Below, piece after piece: positions 1 to 11,224 of a stretch of 64,000 nucleotides of DNA; positions within the stretch are counted from its first letter, which is position 1, and each line of letters opens with the position of its first letter. Made by a program: the position numbers and the translations under genes. This stretch comes from Myxococcota bacterium (GTDB lineage Bacteria > Myxococcota_A > Polyangia > Polyangiales > Sandaracinaceae): NCBI GenBank assembly GCA_036149055.1, contig JAYZQJ010000038.1, forward strand, positions 1-64,000. Direction: 5' to 3'. Below the pieces are notes generated by a model. The model saw only the letters and a list, made by a program, of their open reading frames with translations, did not search any database and had not been told where the DNA came from.

Positions 1-240
1 GGGAGGGGCTTTCAGCCCCTCCCCCCCGCTGCGCCGTCAGACCCGTCATCGCTCCGGGTGCTCCGCACCCTCCGCAATGACGGGTCAGCCGGCTCCGCGG
101 GGCCCCCCCACCCGATTGCCGGCGACCTCGCTTCGCTCGTCGCCGGTGTCCCGCGCTCCGCGCGTGAGCCACGCGGCTCGCGCTCGCGCTCCGCGCGAGC
201 TGGCCGCCCGCGGCCGCGGGATCGGACGGGGCGGAGGCGT
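1..240. repeat. Structured non-coding REP-like/MITE-like palindromic mosaic (probably continues upstream of the window)
   Basis: Successive hairpins: GGGAGGGGCT-TTC-AGCCCCTCCC (1-23); GACCCGTCAT (40-49) pairing with ATGACGGGTC (77-86) around an inner GGGTGC-TCC-GCACCC; CCGGCGAC-CTCGCTTCGCTC-GTCGCCGG (119-146). ORFs here are low-complexity. Confidence 0.6.
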
Positions 241-461
241 TCGTGCTCGGCGACCTCGCTTCGCTCGTCGCCGCGCTGGCGCCCCCTTCGTGCTCGGCGA
301 CCTCGCTTCGCTCGTCGCCGCGCTGACGCTTCCCTCGTGCTCGGCGACTTCGCTTCGCTCGTCGCCGCGCTGACGCTTACTTCGTGCTCGGCGACTTCGC
401 TTCGCTCGTCGCCGCGCTGACGCTCCCCTCGTGCTCGGCGACCTCGCTTCGCTCGTCGCCG
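241..461. repeat. Tandem array of five 47-bp palindromic REP-like units (last one partial)
   Basis: Unit TCGTGCTCGGCGAC(C/T)TCGCTTCGCTCGTCGCCGCGCTG+~9 nt starts at 241, 288, 335, 382 and 429. Each contains the stem GGCGAC...GTCGCC. Confidence 0.9.
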
Positions 462-513
462 TGCGCGAGCAGCCGTCCGTTCTGTCTCGCGCGGACTGCC
501 CGCGGGTCGCTGG

Positions 514-599
514 CGGACTCGGAGTCGGACTCGGCGTCGGACTCGGAGTCGGACTCGGACTCGGCGTCGGCGTCGGCGTCGGACTCGGCGCGGACTCCG
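514..599. repeat. Hexamer microsatellite (GGACTC/GGAGTC/GGCGTC)n
   Basis: About 14 imperfect 6-bp units read directly from the sequence. Confidence 0.85.
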
Positions 600-676
600 C
601 GAACGGGGAAGGGGACGGAGTGAACTTGTGAAGCTACGTAGTCCTCTTGCTCACTCGGCGGTCGGCTGGGCGCGAT

Positions 677-1633
677 CTAGCGGGGGGCGAGCTGCTCCAG
701 GACCTCGGCGGTGAGGGCTCGGCTGTAGTCGTGGAGCTTCCAGTGGCCGGGGGACCAGCCGACGAGGAAGCGGACGAAGTCGGCCCATGCGACCGGGTAG
801 AGGGCTCGCCACTCCGCCTCGAGCGCGTCGACGTCGACGTCCCGGCCGCGCAGCGCGTCACGGAGCGCGGCGAAGTAGCAGTCGAGGTGGCGCGCCTGGC
901 TCTCCTCGAGCGCGGGGGCGTCGAGGCAGCTGCTCCGGAAGTAGGCGACGTCCTTCATGCCGCAGCCGCCGCCCACGTACTGGAAGTCGACCGCGGCGAC
1001 CGCGCCGCCGTCGGGGCGGAAGCAGAAGTTCGCGAGCTTGGCGTCGCCGTGCACGAAGGTCTGGAAGCGGGCGGCGCTCAGGCGGGCGTCGATGCGGTCG
1101 GCGGCGTCGCGGAGGGTGGGGTCGTCGATCACCGCCAGCTCGTCGGGGCGCGTGGCGAGGTGCCAGTAGGTGCCGACGGGCCAGAGCCCCTCGGGGCGCT
1201 CGCCGAGGAAGGTGGCGTGGAACGACGCGAGCCACGAGAGGCAGCGCTCGATCTCCGCCTCGCTCGCGTCGGCGCGCCGCGCAGAGAAGCCGGACGCGTC
1301 GAGATCCTCGAGCAGGAAGCGCCAGCCCTCGTCGGTCTCCTCCGCGGCGAGGCAGCGCGGCACCCGGCAGCCGTCGCCGCACGCCGAGGCGAAGCTTCGG
1401 TACCACTCCATCTCCACCGCGTACGACCGGAGCTTGCGCTGGTGCGAGCGGTCGGTGTTCCAGCCGCGAGGGTGGCGGCCGGCTCGCGGGGGGCTCACGC
1501 GCTTCACGACCACGCTCGGCTGCCCGGGCGCCGCGACGCGGACGATCTCGCCGTACCCGCTCCACAGCGACTGGATGCGCTCGACCACCTCCGCGCCCCG
1601 CGCTCCGGTCACGCGCTCGACCCACTCTCGCAT
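677..1633 (-). CDS. APH/choline/ecdysteroid-kinase-like phosphotransferase
   Basis: Brenner-type motif [10 protein letters not shown] plus VDFQY; N-terminal IQSLWSGYG. Start taken at MREWVERV (the ORF track extends to 1696). Confidence 0.8.
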   Translation of the reverse strand: MREWVERVTGARGAEVVERIQSLWSGYGEIVRVAAPGQPSVVVKRVSPPRAGRHPRGWNTDRSHQRKLRSYAVEMEWYRSFASACGDGCRVPRCLAAEETDEGWRFLLEDLDASGFSARRADASEAEIERCLSWLASFHATFLGERPEGLWPVGTYWHLATRPDELAVIDDPTLRDAADRIDARLSAARFQTFVHGDAKLANFCFRPDGGAVAAVDFQYVGGGCGMKDVAYFRSSCLDAPALEESQARHLDCYFAALRDALRGRDVDVDALEAEWRALYPVAWADFVRFLVGWSPGHWKLHDYSRALTAEVLEQLAPR

Positions 1634-1724
1634 CGCGGGAGCATGCGGCGCGGGTGACGGCGACGCCACGAACGCGAACGGCGCGCCCGAAGGCACGCCG
1701 CTCGTTCGACCCGTGCGTTCGGGA

Positions 1725-2492
1725 TCAGAGGATGTCGACGGTCGCGCAGAGGTCCATGACGGAGTCGATGGCGCGCTCGGCGTTGCCGCGGCTGGCGTAG
1801 ACCTCGCTGGTGCCGACGACGCGGCCGTTCGAGGCGAGGAGGTTGAAGTAGTAGCCGCCGTTGGACGCCTCGAGGACCTCGTACTGGTCGGGGTCGAGGC
1901 CGTTCTCGGCGACGCTGAACGCGCCGTTGTACGCGCTGCTCTCCTGCGCGTAGCCCTGCGAGCTGAGCACGATCTCGCCGTTGCCCGCGTGCAGGTTGAA
2001 GTAGAAGCGGCCGTCGGCGCCCGTGAAGACGTCGAAGCGCGCGCCGGTGCGGTTCGCCTGGAAGTCGAGGTACTCGCCCACGTTGCGGCGGACGCCCGCG
2101 ACGCCGCGGCGCGCGCTCGAGGCGCTCGAGTAGAGCTCGCTGGTGCCGATGACGCGGCCGTTGCGGGCCTTCAGCACGAAGTAGGTCTGCCCGTTGGACG
2201 CCGTGCGCACCTCGTAGCGGTCCGGGTTCTCGCCGTTGTCGAGCACGCTCAGCACGCCCGAGAGCGCGGCGCTCCGGCTGTCGTAGCCCTGCGACGAGAG
2301 GATGATCTCGTGGTTGGCGGCGCTGAGGTGGAAGTAGTGGTCGCCGTTGGTCGCCTGCCACAGCTCGAAGTAGGGGCGCCCCGAGAGCGCGCCGTCGGCG
2401 CCGCCGCTGGTGGTGGGGGCCTCCATCGCGCAGCCGCCGAGGAGGGCGGTCAGGGTGACGAGGACGAGGGCGAGGTGCTTGGGCTGGGTCAT
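1725..2492 (-). CDS. Lipoprotein with four DUF1508 (YegP-like) repeats
   Basis: Signal peptide with lipobox LLGG-C, then four repeats of the YF.L.A.NG(E/R)(I/V)I..S(Q/E).Y pattern. Confidence 0.8.
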   Translation of the reverse strand: MTQPKHLALVLVTLTALLGGCAMEAPTTSGGADGALSGRPYFELWQATNGDHYFHLSAANHEIILSSQGYDSRSAALSGVLSVLDNGENPDRYEVRTASNGQTYFVLKARNGRVIGTSELYSSASSARRGVAGVRRNVGEYLDFQANRTGARFDVFTGADGRFYFNLHAGNGEIVLSSQGYAQESSAYNGAFSVAENGLDPDQYEVLEASNGGYYFNLLASNGRVVGTSEVYASRGNAERAIDSVMDLCATVDIL

Positions 2493-2529
2493 CGGTGTCT
2501 CCGGGTCGGTCGGTGTCGTCTCCCCCCTG

Positions 2530-2545
2530 AGCAACCTCGGTGCCA
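2530..2545 (-). promoter_or_regulatory. Sigma54 -24/-12 promoter for the DUF1508 lipoprotein gene
   Basis: Minus strand reads TGGCAC-CGAGG-TTGCT (consensus TGGCAC-N5-TTGCW), ~38 nt upstream of the ATG and next to a divergent bEBP gene. Confidence 0.85.
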
Positions 2546-2649
2546 CCTCGTCCCACATGTGCTCCTAACGAAATCATTGGCATTTCCAGGGCACTTGGTT
2601 GAGTCGACTCAACATAGAGTTGATTTCATGCAACGCTTTCGTCGATCTC

Positions 2650-4128
<1,479 letters not shown>

Positions 4129-4147
4129 AGGCTGCTACCCTGGACGC

Positions 4148-4549
4148 ATGGGGAAAAGGCTGGTCCTGGCGCTGGCGCTCACGCTCGCCGGCGCCTCGGT
4201 CGCGTCGGCGTGCTGGTGCACCGACATGACCCTGGCCCGCGCGTGCGAAGGCCGGGCGGCGCGCTTCTTCACCGCGCGGGTCGAGTCGGTCGACACCTCC
4301 GGGAGCTACGCGCGGGTGCGGTTCAGGATCATCCAGACCGTGGCCGGCCCGCCGGCGCGGGTGCTCGAGCTGCGCATGGGCATGGGGCGCGACGAGATCT
4401 CGTCCTGCGACGGGCGCGCGCCCTTCGCCGTGGGCGAGTACGTGCTCGTGGCGCAGGAGCACGCGGGCTCCCACGTCGGCATCTGCGATCTCACCAGGGT
4501 CCTGCCGTCCGAGCGCGCCGCCAGGCGCCCCTGCGACGTTCGCCCCTGA
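4148..4549 (+). CDS. Small secreted protein with TIMP/NTR-like N-terminal CxC
   Basis: Signal peptide ending ASA, mature start C-W-C, later SSC...F.VGEYVLV and a GIC motif, as in bacterial TIMP-like proteins. Confidence 0.6.
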   Translation: MGKRLVLALALTLAGASVASACWCTDMTLARACEGRAARFFTARVESVDTSGSYARVRFRIIQTVAGPPARVLELRMGMGRDEISSCDGRAPFAVGEYVLVAQEHAGSHVGICDLTRVLPSERAARRPCDVRP

Positions 4550-4557
4550 AACGCGAA

Positions 4558-4585
4558 GAGCCCGCGACCTCGAGGCCGCGGGCTC
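4558..4585. terminator. GC hairpin between convergent genes, possible bidirectional terminator
   Basis: GAGCCCGCG-N10-CGCGGGCTC; only weak U-tracts. Confidence 0.45.
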
Positions 4586-4604
4586 CGTCGCTCGAACGGT
4601 TCGT

Positions 4605-6047
4605 TCAGCGCGCCTGGTACAGGGACAGGCCGCCGACGTAGAGGAAGCCGACCATGAACAGGACCAGGAAGGGGATCGACGCCCAGGCGCCGATGTACAT
4701 CGCGAGGCCGATGGTCGCGACGAAGTAGAGGCCGAAGACGAACTCGAGGAGGGCGTAGAAGTTCTTGCCCGCCTTGTACTTCTTCTTCACCCAGGTCTCG
4801 CTCTTCTGCACGACGCCGTGCTTGGGCGTGCGGACGAACTCGCTCTCCTTGCCGAAGAGGCCCTCGGCGACGGCGCGCGCGTTGTTGAGCGAGAGCCCGA
4901 TGCCGAGCGCCATCATGAGCGGCAGGCGGCGGATGGCCTCCCAGAGGTTGCTGTAGAGCGCCCGGTGGGTGGTCAGGTAGAAGAGCACGATCGAGCCGCT
5001 CGTGGCCGCGAAGAGCGGCACGTCGAGGAGCAGGAGCTCCGGGCGGTTCATCTCCTCGCGGAGCAGCATGTTCGGCAGCTGCAGGAGCGCGAGCAGGATG
5101 AGGAAGACGTACGCGAAGTTGTTGGTGAGGTGGAAGAGCGCCTCGACCTTCACGTGGAGCGGCAGCTTCGCCTTGAGCACGATCGGCAGGAGCTTCTTGG
5201 CCGTCTGCGCCGAGCCCTTGGCCCAGCGGAACTGCTGGGTCTTGAAGCTGTTCATCTCGCAGGGGATCTCGGCCGGCGCGAGCGCGTCGGGCACGTAGAC
5301 GAAGCGCCACCCCGCGAGCTGAGCGCGGAAGCTGAGGTCCATGTCCTCGGTGAGCGTGTCGTGCTGCCAGCCGCCCGCGTCCTCGATGGTCTGCTTGCGC
5401 CACATCCCGGCGGTGCCGTTGAAGTTGAAGAAGCGGCCCGAGCGGTTGCGGGCGATGTGCTCGATCACGAAGTGACCGTCGAGCATCATCGACTGCACGC
5501 GGGTGAGCATCGAGTAGTCGCGGTTGAGGTGGCCCCAGCGCGCCTGGACCATGCCCACCTCTTCGTCGGTGAAGTGGTGCACCAGGTCGGTGATGATGGT
5601 CGGCGTCGGCACGAAGTCCGCGTCGAAGACGAGCAGGTAGTCACCCGAGGCGACCTTCACGCCCTCCTCGAGGGCGCCGGCCTTGTAGCCGGTGCGGTCG
5701 GTCCGGTGCAGGTAGACGGCGCGGTAGCCGCGCTCCACCAGCTCCTCGACCTTGGCCTTGGCGATGCTGACCGTCTCGTCGGTCGAGTCGTCGAGGACCT
5801 GGATCTCCAGCTTGTCCTTCGGGTACTCGAGGCTGGCCACCGACTCCATGAGCCGCTCGGCCACGTAGAGCTCGTTGAACATGGGCAGCTGCACCGTGAC
5901 GACGGGCAGCTCCTCGAACCTGCGGGGCGGCTTGGGCGCGCGCTTGCGGTGCTTCCAGTAGAGGTACACCAGCTGGCCACGGTGGAAGCCGTAGACGGCG
6001 AGGATCGTGAGGGTCAGGAGGTAGACCCCGATGACGAAGATTTCCAT
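4605..6047 (-). CDS. Processive GT2 glycosyltransferase (cellulose synthase/CslA-like)
   Basis: DDSTD, GYKAGAL, DADF, TED and QQFRW motifs; N- and C-terminal TM helices. Start MEIFVIG follows GGAG. Confidence 0.92.
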   Translation of the reverse strand: MEIFVIGVYLLTLTILAVYGFHRGQLVYLYWKHRKRAPKPPRRFEELPVVTVQLPMFNELYVAERLMESVASLEYPKDKLEIQVLDDSTDETVSIAKAKVEELVERGYRAVYLHRTDRTGYKAGALEEGVKVASGDYLLVFDADFVPTPTIITDLVHHFTDEEVGMVQARWGHLNRDYSMLTRVQSMMLDGHFVIEHIARNRSGRFFNFNGTAGMWRKQTIEDAGGWQHDTLTEDMDLSFRAQLAGWRFVYVPDALAPAEIPCEMNSFKTQQFRWAKGSAQTAKKLLPIVLKAKLPLHVKVEALFHLTNNFAYVFLILLALLQLPNMLLREEMNRPELLLLDVPLFAATSGSIVLFYLTTHRALYSNLWEAIRRLPLMMALGIGLSLNNARAVAEGLFGKESEFVRTPKHGVVQKSETWVKKKYKAGKNFYALLEFVFGLYFVATIGLAMYIGAWASIPFLVLFMVGFLYVGGLSLYQAR

Positions 6048-6447
6048 GAGCACTCCAGGAACCCCCCCCAGGGCTTTCTCGTCGTGGAGATGACGACCAG
6101 GGGCAGCGCACGATACGCGCTGCGTCATTTGCGGGTCGTCTATACGACGCGGAATGTCATCGAAATGTAATTCGTCGTATTACTTCGTCGTCATCTGGTT
6201 GTGATCGTTGAGCTTTTGCCCATATGGGTCCGCCGCTGTACGAGAATGACGCATCGCGCTGCGCCCCCGCGCGAGGACGCGGCTCCAGCAGCCACTGCGC
6301 GGCCCAAAACGTCGCACCCCACCAAGTCGAGGCGCCTCCGGGCGTATCTAGGCTTGTGACACCGAACGGCGACGCGTCTTTCCATGGGCAACAACTGTTT
6401 CGTGGAAAATCGCTCGCCTTTTCGGGAGGCTCAGGCCCGTGGAAGGG

Positions 6448-7014
6448 GTGAACGACCTGCAGTTTGGAAGGGTCCTGGCGGTAGACGACGACCCACACGT
6501 TCTCCGTGTCCTCGACCGGATGCTCCGACGGTTCGCGCGTGAGACCCTCACCGCGGCCTCTTGCGAGGAGGGGCTCGAGAAGCTGAACGGCGGGGGCATC
6601 GATCTGCTCGTGGTCGACGTGCACCTCGGGGAGCGCCACGGGGTCGAGCTCGCCCGCGCCGCCGCCCAGCTCCACCCCGCGCCGCCGGTGATCGCGGTGA
6701 CCGGGGCGGCCAGCCCGGAGGACGGCCTGCACCTCGGCCGGGCCGGCGTCGCCACCCTGCTCGAGAAACCGTTCACCCTCGAGCACCTGCGCAGCGCGCT
6801 CGCACAGCTCGAGCCGCCGCAGCCGGTAGAGCTCGAAGCGGTCATCCGGCGGCTGGTCGGGGTCCGGCCGATGCCCGAGGTGCTCGACACCGTGCGGCGC
6901 TCGATGGTGCGCGAGGCGCTGGCGCGGAGCGGCGAGACCAAGTCGCACGCGGCCGGCATGCTCGGGATCAGCCGCCAGCACCTCAGCAAGATCATCGAGC
7001 GCGGCAAGGTCTAG
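6448..7014 (+). CDS. Orphan response regulator (REC + Fis-type HTH)
   Basis: VLAVDDD, phospho-Asp in LLVVDVHL, LEKPF, C-terminal AAGMLGISRQHL. Start 6439 or 6448. Confidence 0.85.
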   Translation: MNDLQFGRVLAVDDDPHVLRVLDRMLRRFARETLTAASCEEGLEKLNGGGIDLLVVDVHLGERHGVELARAAAQLHPAPPVIAVTGAASPEDGLHLGRAGVATLLEKPFTLEHLRSALAQLEPPQPVELEAVIRRLVGVRPMPEVLDTVRRSMVREALARSGETKSHAAGMLGISRQHLSKIIERGKV

Positions 7015-7087
7015 CCTCCCGCGAGGCCGCGCGCGGCCGATGCAGTCCGCTTGTTCGGACGCATGGCGCGCATAGAGGTCCTCGTCG

Positions 7088-8566
7088 ATGGCTGAGCGAA
7101 TCGAAGACGAGCTGTTCGAGCAGATCGACGCTCGCGCGGATCGCGTGGTCGTGGAGGGGGAGCGCACGCTGACCTTCCATCAGCTGGGCCGCTGGGCGGC
7201 CGGGATCGCCGCGGCGCTCGAGGAGGCCGGCGTCGAGCCGGGCGACCGGGTGGCGGTGTGGACCGGCAAGTCGAGCGCCGAGGTCGCCTCGCTCTACGGC
7301 GCGTGGATGGCCGGCGCGATCGCGGTGCCCATTCACGACGTGCTCAAGCGGGCCCAGGTCGCGCACGTGCTCGACCACTGCGCGGCGCGCGCGGTGTTGA
7401 CGACCGGGCGCGTGGCCCATCAGCTCGACGACGCGCTCCGCGAGGGCCGCGCCGTGCTCGATCCGAGCGTGCTGCCCGAGCGGGCGCCGCGTCGACGCGA
7501 GCTGCCGGGCGGCGACGAGCCGGCGGCGCTGCTCTACACCTCGGGCAGCACCGGGCGGCCGAAGGGCATCCTCGTCTCGCACGGGAACCTGCGCGCCGGC
7601 GCCCGGATCGTCACCGGCTACCTCGGGCTCCGCGAGGACGACCGCATCCTCTCGGTGCTGCCGTTCTCCTTCGACTACGGGCTCAACCAGCTGCTCGGCG
7701 CGGTGCACCTCGGGGCGACCCTCATGCTCGCGCGCTCGAGCCTCCCGGCGCGGATCTGCCGTCACCTCGAGGAGGACGCGATCACGGTGCTCGCCGGCGT
7801 GCCGCCCCTCTGGGCGCGCCTGATGGGGCGCGGCTCTCCGCTCGCCGAGCGCCCGCCGAAGACGCTCCGGCTCATGACCAACAGCGGCGGCGCCTTCCCG
7901 GTCGCCCTGCTCGAGCGCTACCAGGCGCTGCTGCCGGACACCGACATCTGCCTGATGTACGGCCTGACCGAGGCGTTCCGGAGCACCTACCTGCCGCCGC
8001 ACGAGCTGCGCTTCCGCCCGACGTCGATGGGCCGCGCCATCCCCGAGACCCAGCTCATGGTGCTCGGGCCCGACGGCGCCGAGGTCGGCCCGGACGAGGA
8101 GGGCGAGCTGGTCCACGCGGGCCCGACGGTGTCCCTCGGCTACTGGAACGACATCGAGGCCACCCGCGCCCGCTACCGGCCGCACCCGACCGAGCCGGGC
8201 AAGAACGCCGTGTTCTCCGGCGACCGCGTGCGCCGGGACGCCGACGGCTACTTCTACTTCGTCGGCCGCGCCGACCAGCAGATGAAGTGCAGCGGCGTGC
8301 GCGTGAGCCCCGACGAGGTCGAGGAGCTCGTCTTCGCGTCGAACCTGGTCGAGGAGGTCGCGGTCACCGGCGAGCCGGACGACGTCGTCGGCACCCGGCC
8401 GGTGGCCCACGTGGTGCTGGCCGGCGATCCGGAGAAGGCGCTCGCCGAGCTCGACTCGTGGTGTCGCCGCGAGATGCCCAGCTACATGCAGCCGCGCCTC
8501 GTCATTCGCGACGCCCTCCCGCGCACCGCCAGCGGCAAGCTCGACAAGAAGGGGCTGGCCGCGTGA
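7088..8566 (+). CDS. AMP-dependent acyl/aminoacyl ligase (adenylate-forming)
   Basis: LYTSGSTGRPKG, FSFDYG, MYGLTEAFRS, SGD and PRTASGKLDK motifs; resembles the exosortase-associated acyl-CoA ligase subfamily. Confidence 0.9.
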   Translation: MAERIEDELFEQIDARADRVVVEGERTLTFHQLGRWAAGIAAALEEAGVEPGDRVAVWTGKSSAEVASLYGAWMAGAIAVPIHDVLKRAQVAHVLDHCAARAVLTTGRVAHQLDDALREGRAVLDPSVLPERAPRRRELPGGDEPAALLYTSGSTGRPKGILVSHGNLRAGARIVTGYLGLREDDRILSVLPFSFDYGLNQLLGAVHLGATLMLARSSLPARICRHLEEDAITVLAGVPPLWARLMGRGSPLAERPPKTLRLMTNSGGAFPVALLERYQALLPDTDICLMYGLTEAFRSTYLPPHELRFRPTSMGRAIPETQLMVLGPDGAEVGPDEEGELVHAGPTVSLGYWNDIEATRARYRPHPTEPGKNAVFSGDRVRRDADGYFYFVGRADQQMKCSGVRVSPDEVEELVFASNLVEEVAVTGEPDDVVGTRPVAHVVLAGDPEKALAELDSWCRREMPSYMQPRLVIRDALPRTASGKLDKKGLAA

Positions 8567-9690
8567 GCGCCCTCGCCGGACCGCAGGAGCGCTTCGACGC
8601 CATCCGCGCGCACCACCACCGCCGCACCGGCGGGCGCCTCGTCGACCTCGCCTACCCGAACCCCGGCGAGGTGCACCCGCAGCTCGTCGAGGCCCTCGTC
8701 GAGACGCTCCGCGACGTCGACGGCGGCGGCCTCCAGTACACGCCCTACGGCGGCGCCACCATCCCGCGGCGACACGTCGCGCACGGGCTGCGGCGCTCGC
8801 ACGGCGTGAAGGTCGCGGTCGACGACGTCGTGCTCACGCCCGGCGCGATGAGCGCGCTGACCCTGACCTTCGCGGCCGCGCTCGAGGACGGCGGCGAGGT
8901 CGTGATCGTGAGCCCGTGCTGGCTCGACACCCCGCTCTACGTCGCCACCCAGGGTGGCACCCCGGTGCTCGTGCCGACCCGCGCCGACGGTCACCTCGAC
9001 CTCGCCGCCCTCGGCGCCGCGCTCTCGCCCCGCACCCGCGCGGTGGTGCTCTCGCAGCCCGCCAACCCCACCGGCGTGCTCTACGGCGAGCGCGAGCTCC
9101 AGGCGCTGGCCGAGCTGCTCTCACGTCACCCCAGCCGGCCCCTCCTGGTCAGCGACGAGTGCCACCGCGACTTCGTCTTCGACGCGCCCTTCGTCTCGCC
9201 GCTCTCCTTCTATCCGCGCTCGGCCGTCGTCTACTCCTTCGGCAAGCGGCTCCTCGCCCAGGGGCAGCGCCTCGGCTACGTCGCGTTCCATCCCTCGCTC
9301 GAGGGCTGGCCCGGCAAGGTCCGGGCGCTCGCGCGCGCCATGGGGCACGCCACGCCGACCGCGCTCATGCAGCGCGCCGTGCCCCGGCTGATGCAGATCC
9401 CCACCGACGCGAGCGCGCTCGCGGCCCGGCGGCGCCACGCGGTCGATCGGCTCGACGCGCTCGGCCTCTCGCCGATCGGACGCCACACCATGTTCGTCTA
9501 CGGCCGCGTCCCGGAGCCCTGGGACGACTTCGCCTTCTGCGAGCTCGCGGCCAGCCGCGGCGTGCTCGTGATGCCGTCGAGCCTGTTCCACGCCGCGGGA
9601 GGTTTCCGGATCGCGGTCACCGCCACCGACGAGGCGCTCGACGCGGGCCTCGACGCCCTCGAATCCATCCGGGCCCGGGAGGCCGCGTGA
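8563..9690 (+). CDS. PLP-dependent aminotransferase class I/II
   Basis: GTG overlaps the previous stop (GTGA); PANPTG, SDECH, YSFGK...GQRLGY and C-terminal FRIA. Confidence 0.85.
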   Translation: MSALAGPQERFDAIRAHHHRRTGGRLVDLAYPNPGEVHPQLVEALVETLRDVDGGGLQYTPYGGATIPRRHVAHGLRRSHGVKVAVDDVVLTPGAMSALTLTFAAALEDGGEVVIVSPCWLDTPLYVATQGGTPVLVPTRADGHLDLAALGAALSPRTRAVVLSQPANPTGVLYGERELQALAELLSRHPSRPLLVSDECHRDFVFDAPFVSPLSFYPRSAVVYSFGKRLLAQGQRLGYVAFHPSLEGWPGKVRALARAMGHATPTALMQRAVPRLMQIPTDASALAARRRHAVDRLDALGLSPIGRHTMFVYGRVPEPWDDFAFCELAASRGVLVMPSSLFHAAGGFRIAVTATDEALDAGLDALESIRAREAA

Positions 9691-10880
9691 CCCACATCGA
9701 CAACATCCTGCTCGACGACGGGCGCGGCCACTTCGCCACCCACGAGCGGGACGGAGACGCCCACACCCTGCGCCGCGACCCTCTGGGCGTGAACAAGCTC
9801 TTCTTCGGGCTCGACGAGGGGCGGGTGGAGAGCGCGACCTACCTGGACGACCTGCGCAAGGGCGGCTGGGCGCCCTCCCAGATCTGGTCGGTGCCGTCCG
9901 GTCACCGGGTCGAGATCGATCTCGGCGCGCGCACGCTCTCGGTGGTCAAGGAGGCGGGCCCCGAGTTCGTCGTCGACGACGACGACTCGATCGAGGCGCA
10001 CGCCGCGCGCATCCGCGCCTGCCTGGACGACGCCTTCACCTCGCTCGCCGACGTGCTCGAGGGGGAGCTCTTCGTCACCCTCAGCGGCGGCCTCGACTCC
10101 ACCGGGATCGCCGTGCTCGCCAAGGAGCACCTCGGCGACTTCACCGCGGTGAGCTTCACCGTCGAGGGCGAGGATCGCGAGGGCGGCGACCTCGCCGCGG
10201 CTCGCCGCGTGGCCGATGCGCTCGGGGTGCGCCTGCTGGAGGTGCACATGCCCCGGGAGGCGCTGGCCGCCCGCGTCGACGACGTGATCCGCTGGGGTCA
10301 GGACTGGCGCGACTTCAACGTGCACTGCGGGCTCGTGAACCTCGCGCTCGCCGAGGCCCTGCCGCGCGGCGCGACCGTGCTCACCGGCGACGGCATGAAC
10401 GAGCTGATGGCCGACTACTCGCCGGTCGAGGTCGAGGGCCGCGTGCTCTACGAGCTGCCCCGCCTCTCGCCCGGCAAGCTCCGCCGCTACCTCGTGCAGG
10501 GCCTCGACAGCGGCGACCGCGAGGTCGGCATCTTCGCCCGTCGCGGGGTGCGCACCGTGCAGCCCTACCTGCTCTGCGCCGACGCCTACGCCGCGCTCCC
10601 CGAGCGCTTCGTCGCCCACGAGGGCAGCAAGCAAGAGCTCGTCCGCCACGTGCTCGGCGCGTCCGTGCCGGCGTTCGTCTACGACCGCCCGAAGGTCCGC
10701 GCCCAGGTCGGCTCCAGCCAGGAGGTCGGCGGCACCGTGCGCGCCACCCTGGAGGCCGGCCTCGACCAGGCGGCGCTGTCGGCCCGCTTCCGCGAGCTCT
10801 TCGGCTTCTCGGAGCGCGACCAGCGCAAATTGATTCGCGCTGGATACTACCGCTTCCCCACCGCTTGGCCCCAAGCCTGA
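9687..10880 (+). CDS. Asparagine-synthetase-like ATP-dependent amide ligase lacking an intact glutaminase domain
   Basis: GTGA overlap; RRDPLGVNKLFF remnant, LSGGLDS PP-loop, VLTGDGMNEL, RPK; no N-terminal Cys. Confidence 0.8.
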   Translation: MTHIDNILLDDGRGHFATHERDGDAHTLRRDPLGVNKLFFGLDEGRVESATYLDDLRKGGWAPSQIWSVPSGHRVEIDLGARTLSVVKEAGPEFVVDDDDSIEAHAARIRACLDDAFTSLADVLEGELFVTLSGGLDSTGIAVLAKEHLGDFTAVSFTVEGEDREGGDLAAARRVADALGVRLLEVHMPREALAARVDDVIRWGQDWRDFNVHCGLVNLALAEALPRGATVLTGDGMNELMADYSPVEVEGRVLYELPRLSPGKLRRYLVQGLDSGDREVGIFARRGVRTVQPYLLCADAYAALPERFVAHEGSKQELVRHVLGASVPAFVYDRPKVRAQVGSSQEVGGTVRATLEAGLDQAALSARFRELFGFSERDQRKLIRAGYYRFPTAWPQA

Positions 10881-10883
10881 TCC

Positions 10884-11174
10884 ATGACGCAGACCATCCC
10901 CCACCCCGAGCCCGCGCCGCTCCGCGAGCGCATCGCCCGTGACCTCGAGGCCTTCATCCGGGAGCGCTTCGACGTGCCCGCGAGCGACGACCTCTTCTCC
11001 CGCACCGTCGATCTCTGGGAGGAGGGCTACGTCGACAGCGCCGGCGTGGTCGAGGTGGTCGATCACCTCGAGCAGACCTGGAGCCTGAAGGTCCCCGAGG
11101 AGGCGCTCTTCGACCCGCGCTTCACGAAGATCGACGGCATGGCCGAGGTCCTCGAGCCGCTCGCGCGCCCCTGA
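10884..11174 (+). CDS. Acyl/aminoacyl carrier protein (DltC-like)
   Basis: DLWEEGYVDSAGVVEVV phosphopantetheine-site motif; 96 aa, acidic. Confidence 0.85.
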   Translation: MTQTIPHPEPAPLRERIARDLEAFIRERFDVPASDDLFSRTVDLWEEGYVDSAGVVEVVDHLEQTWSLKVPEEALFDPRFTKIDGMAEVLEPLARP

Positions 11175-11224
11175 CGCCGGCCGGCCGTTGACGTCTGGGC
11201 TCCCGTGCCCAAAACAGGGGTCCG

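Noticed and set aside
241..461. 47-bp array as a CRISPR array
   Set aside because: The variable part is only ~9 nt and nearly identical between units; no unique spacers and no cas genes in the window
58..631. Short ORFs over the left-end repeats (e.g. DSESDS and GLGVGL peptides)
   Set aside because: They are translations of palindromic and hexamer repeats, with no RBS or family motif
7088..11174. Lasso peptide cluster (because of the AsnB-like gene)
   Set aside because: No precursor peptide, B1/RRE or B2 protease gene recognised; the ACP and AMP ligase point to carrier-protein chemistry
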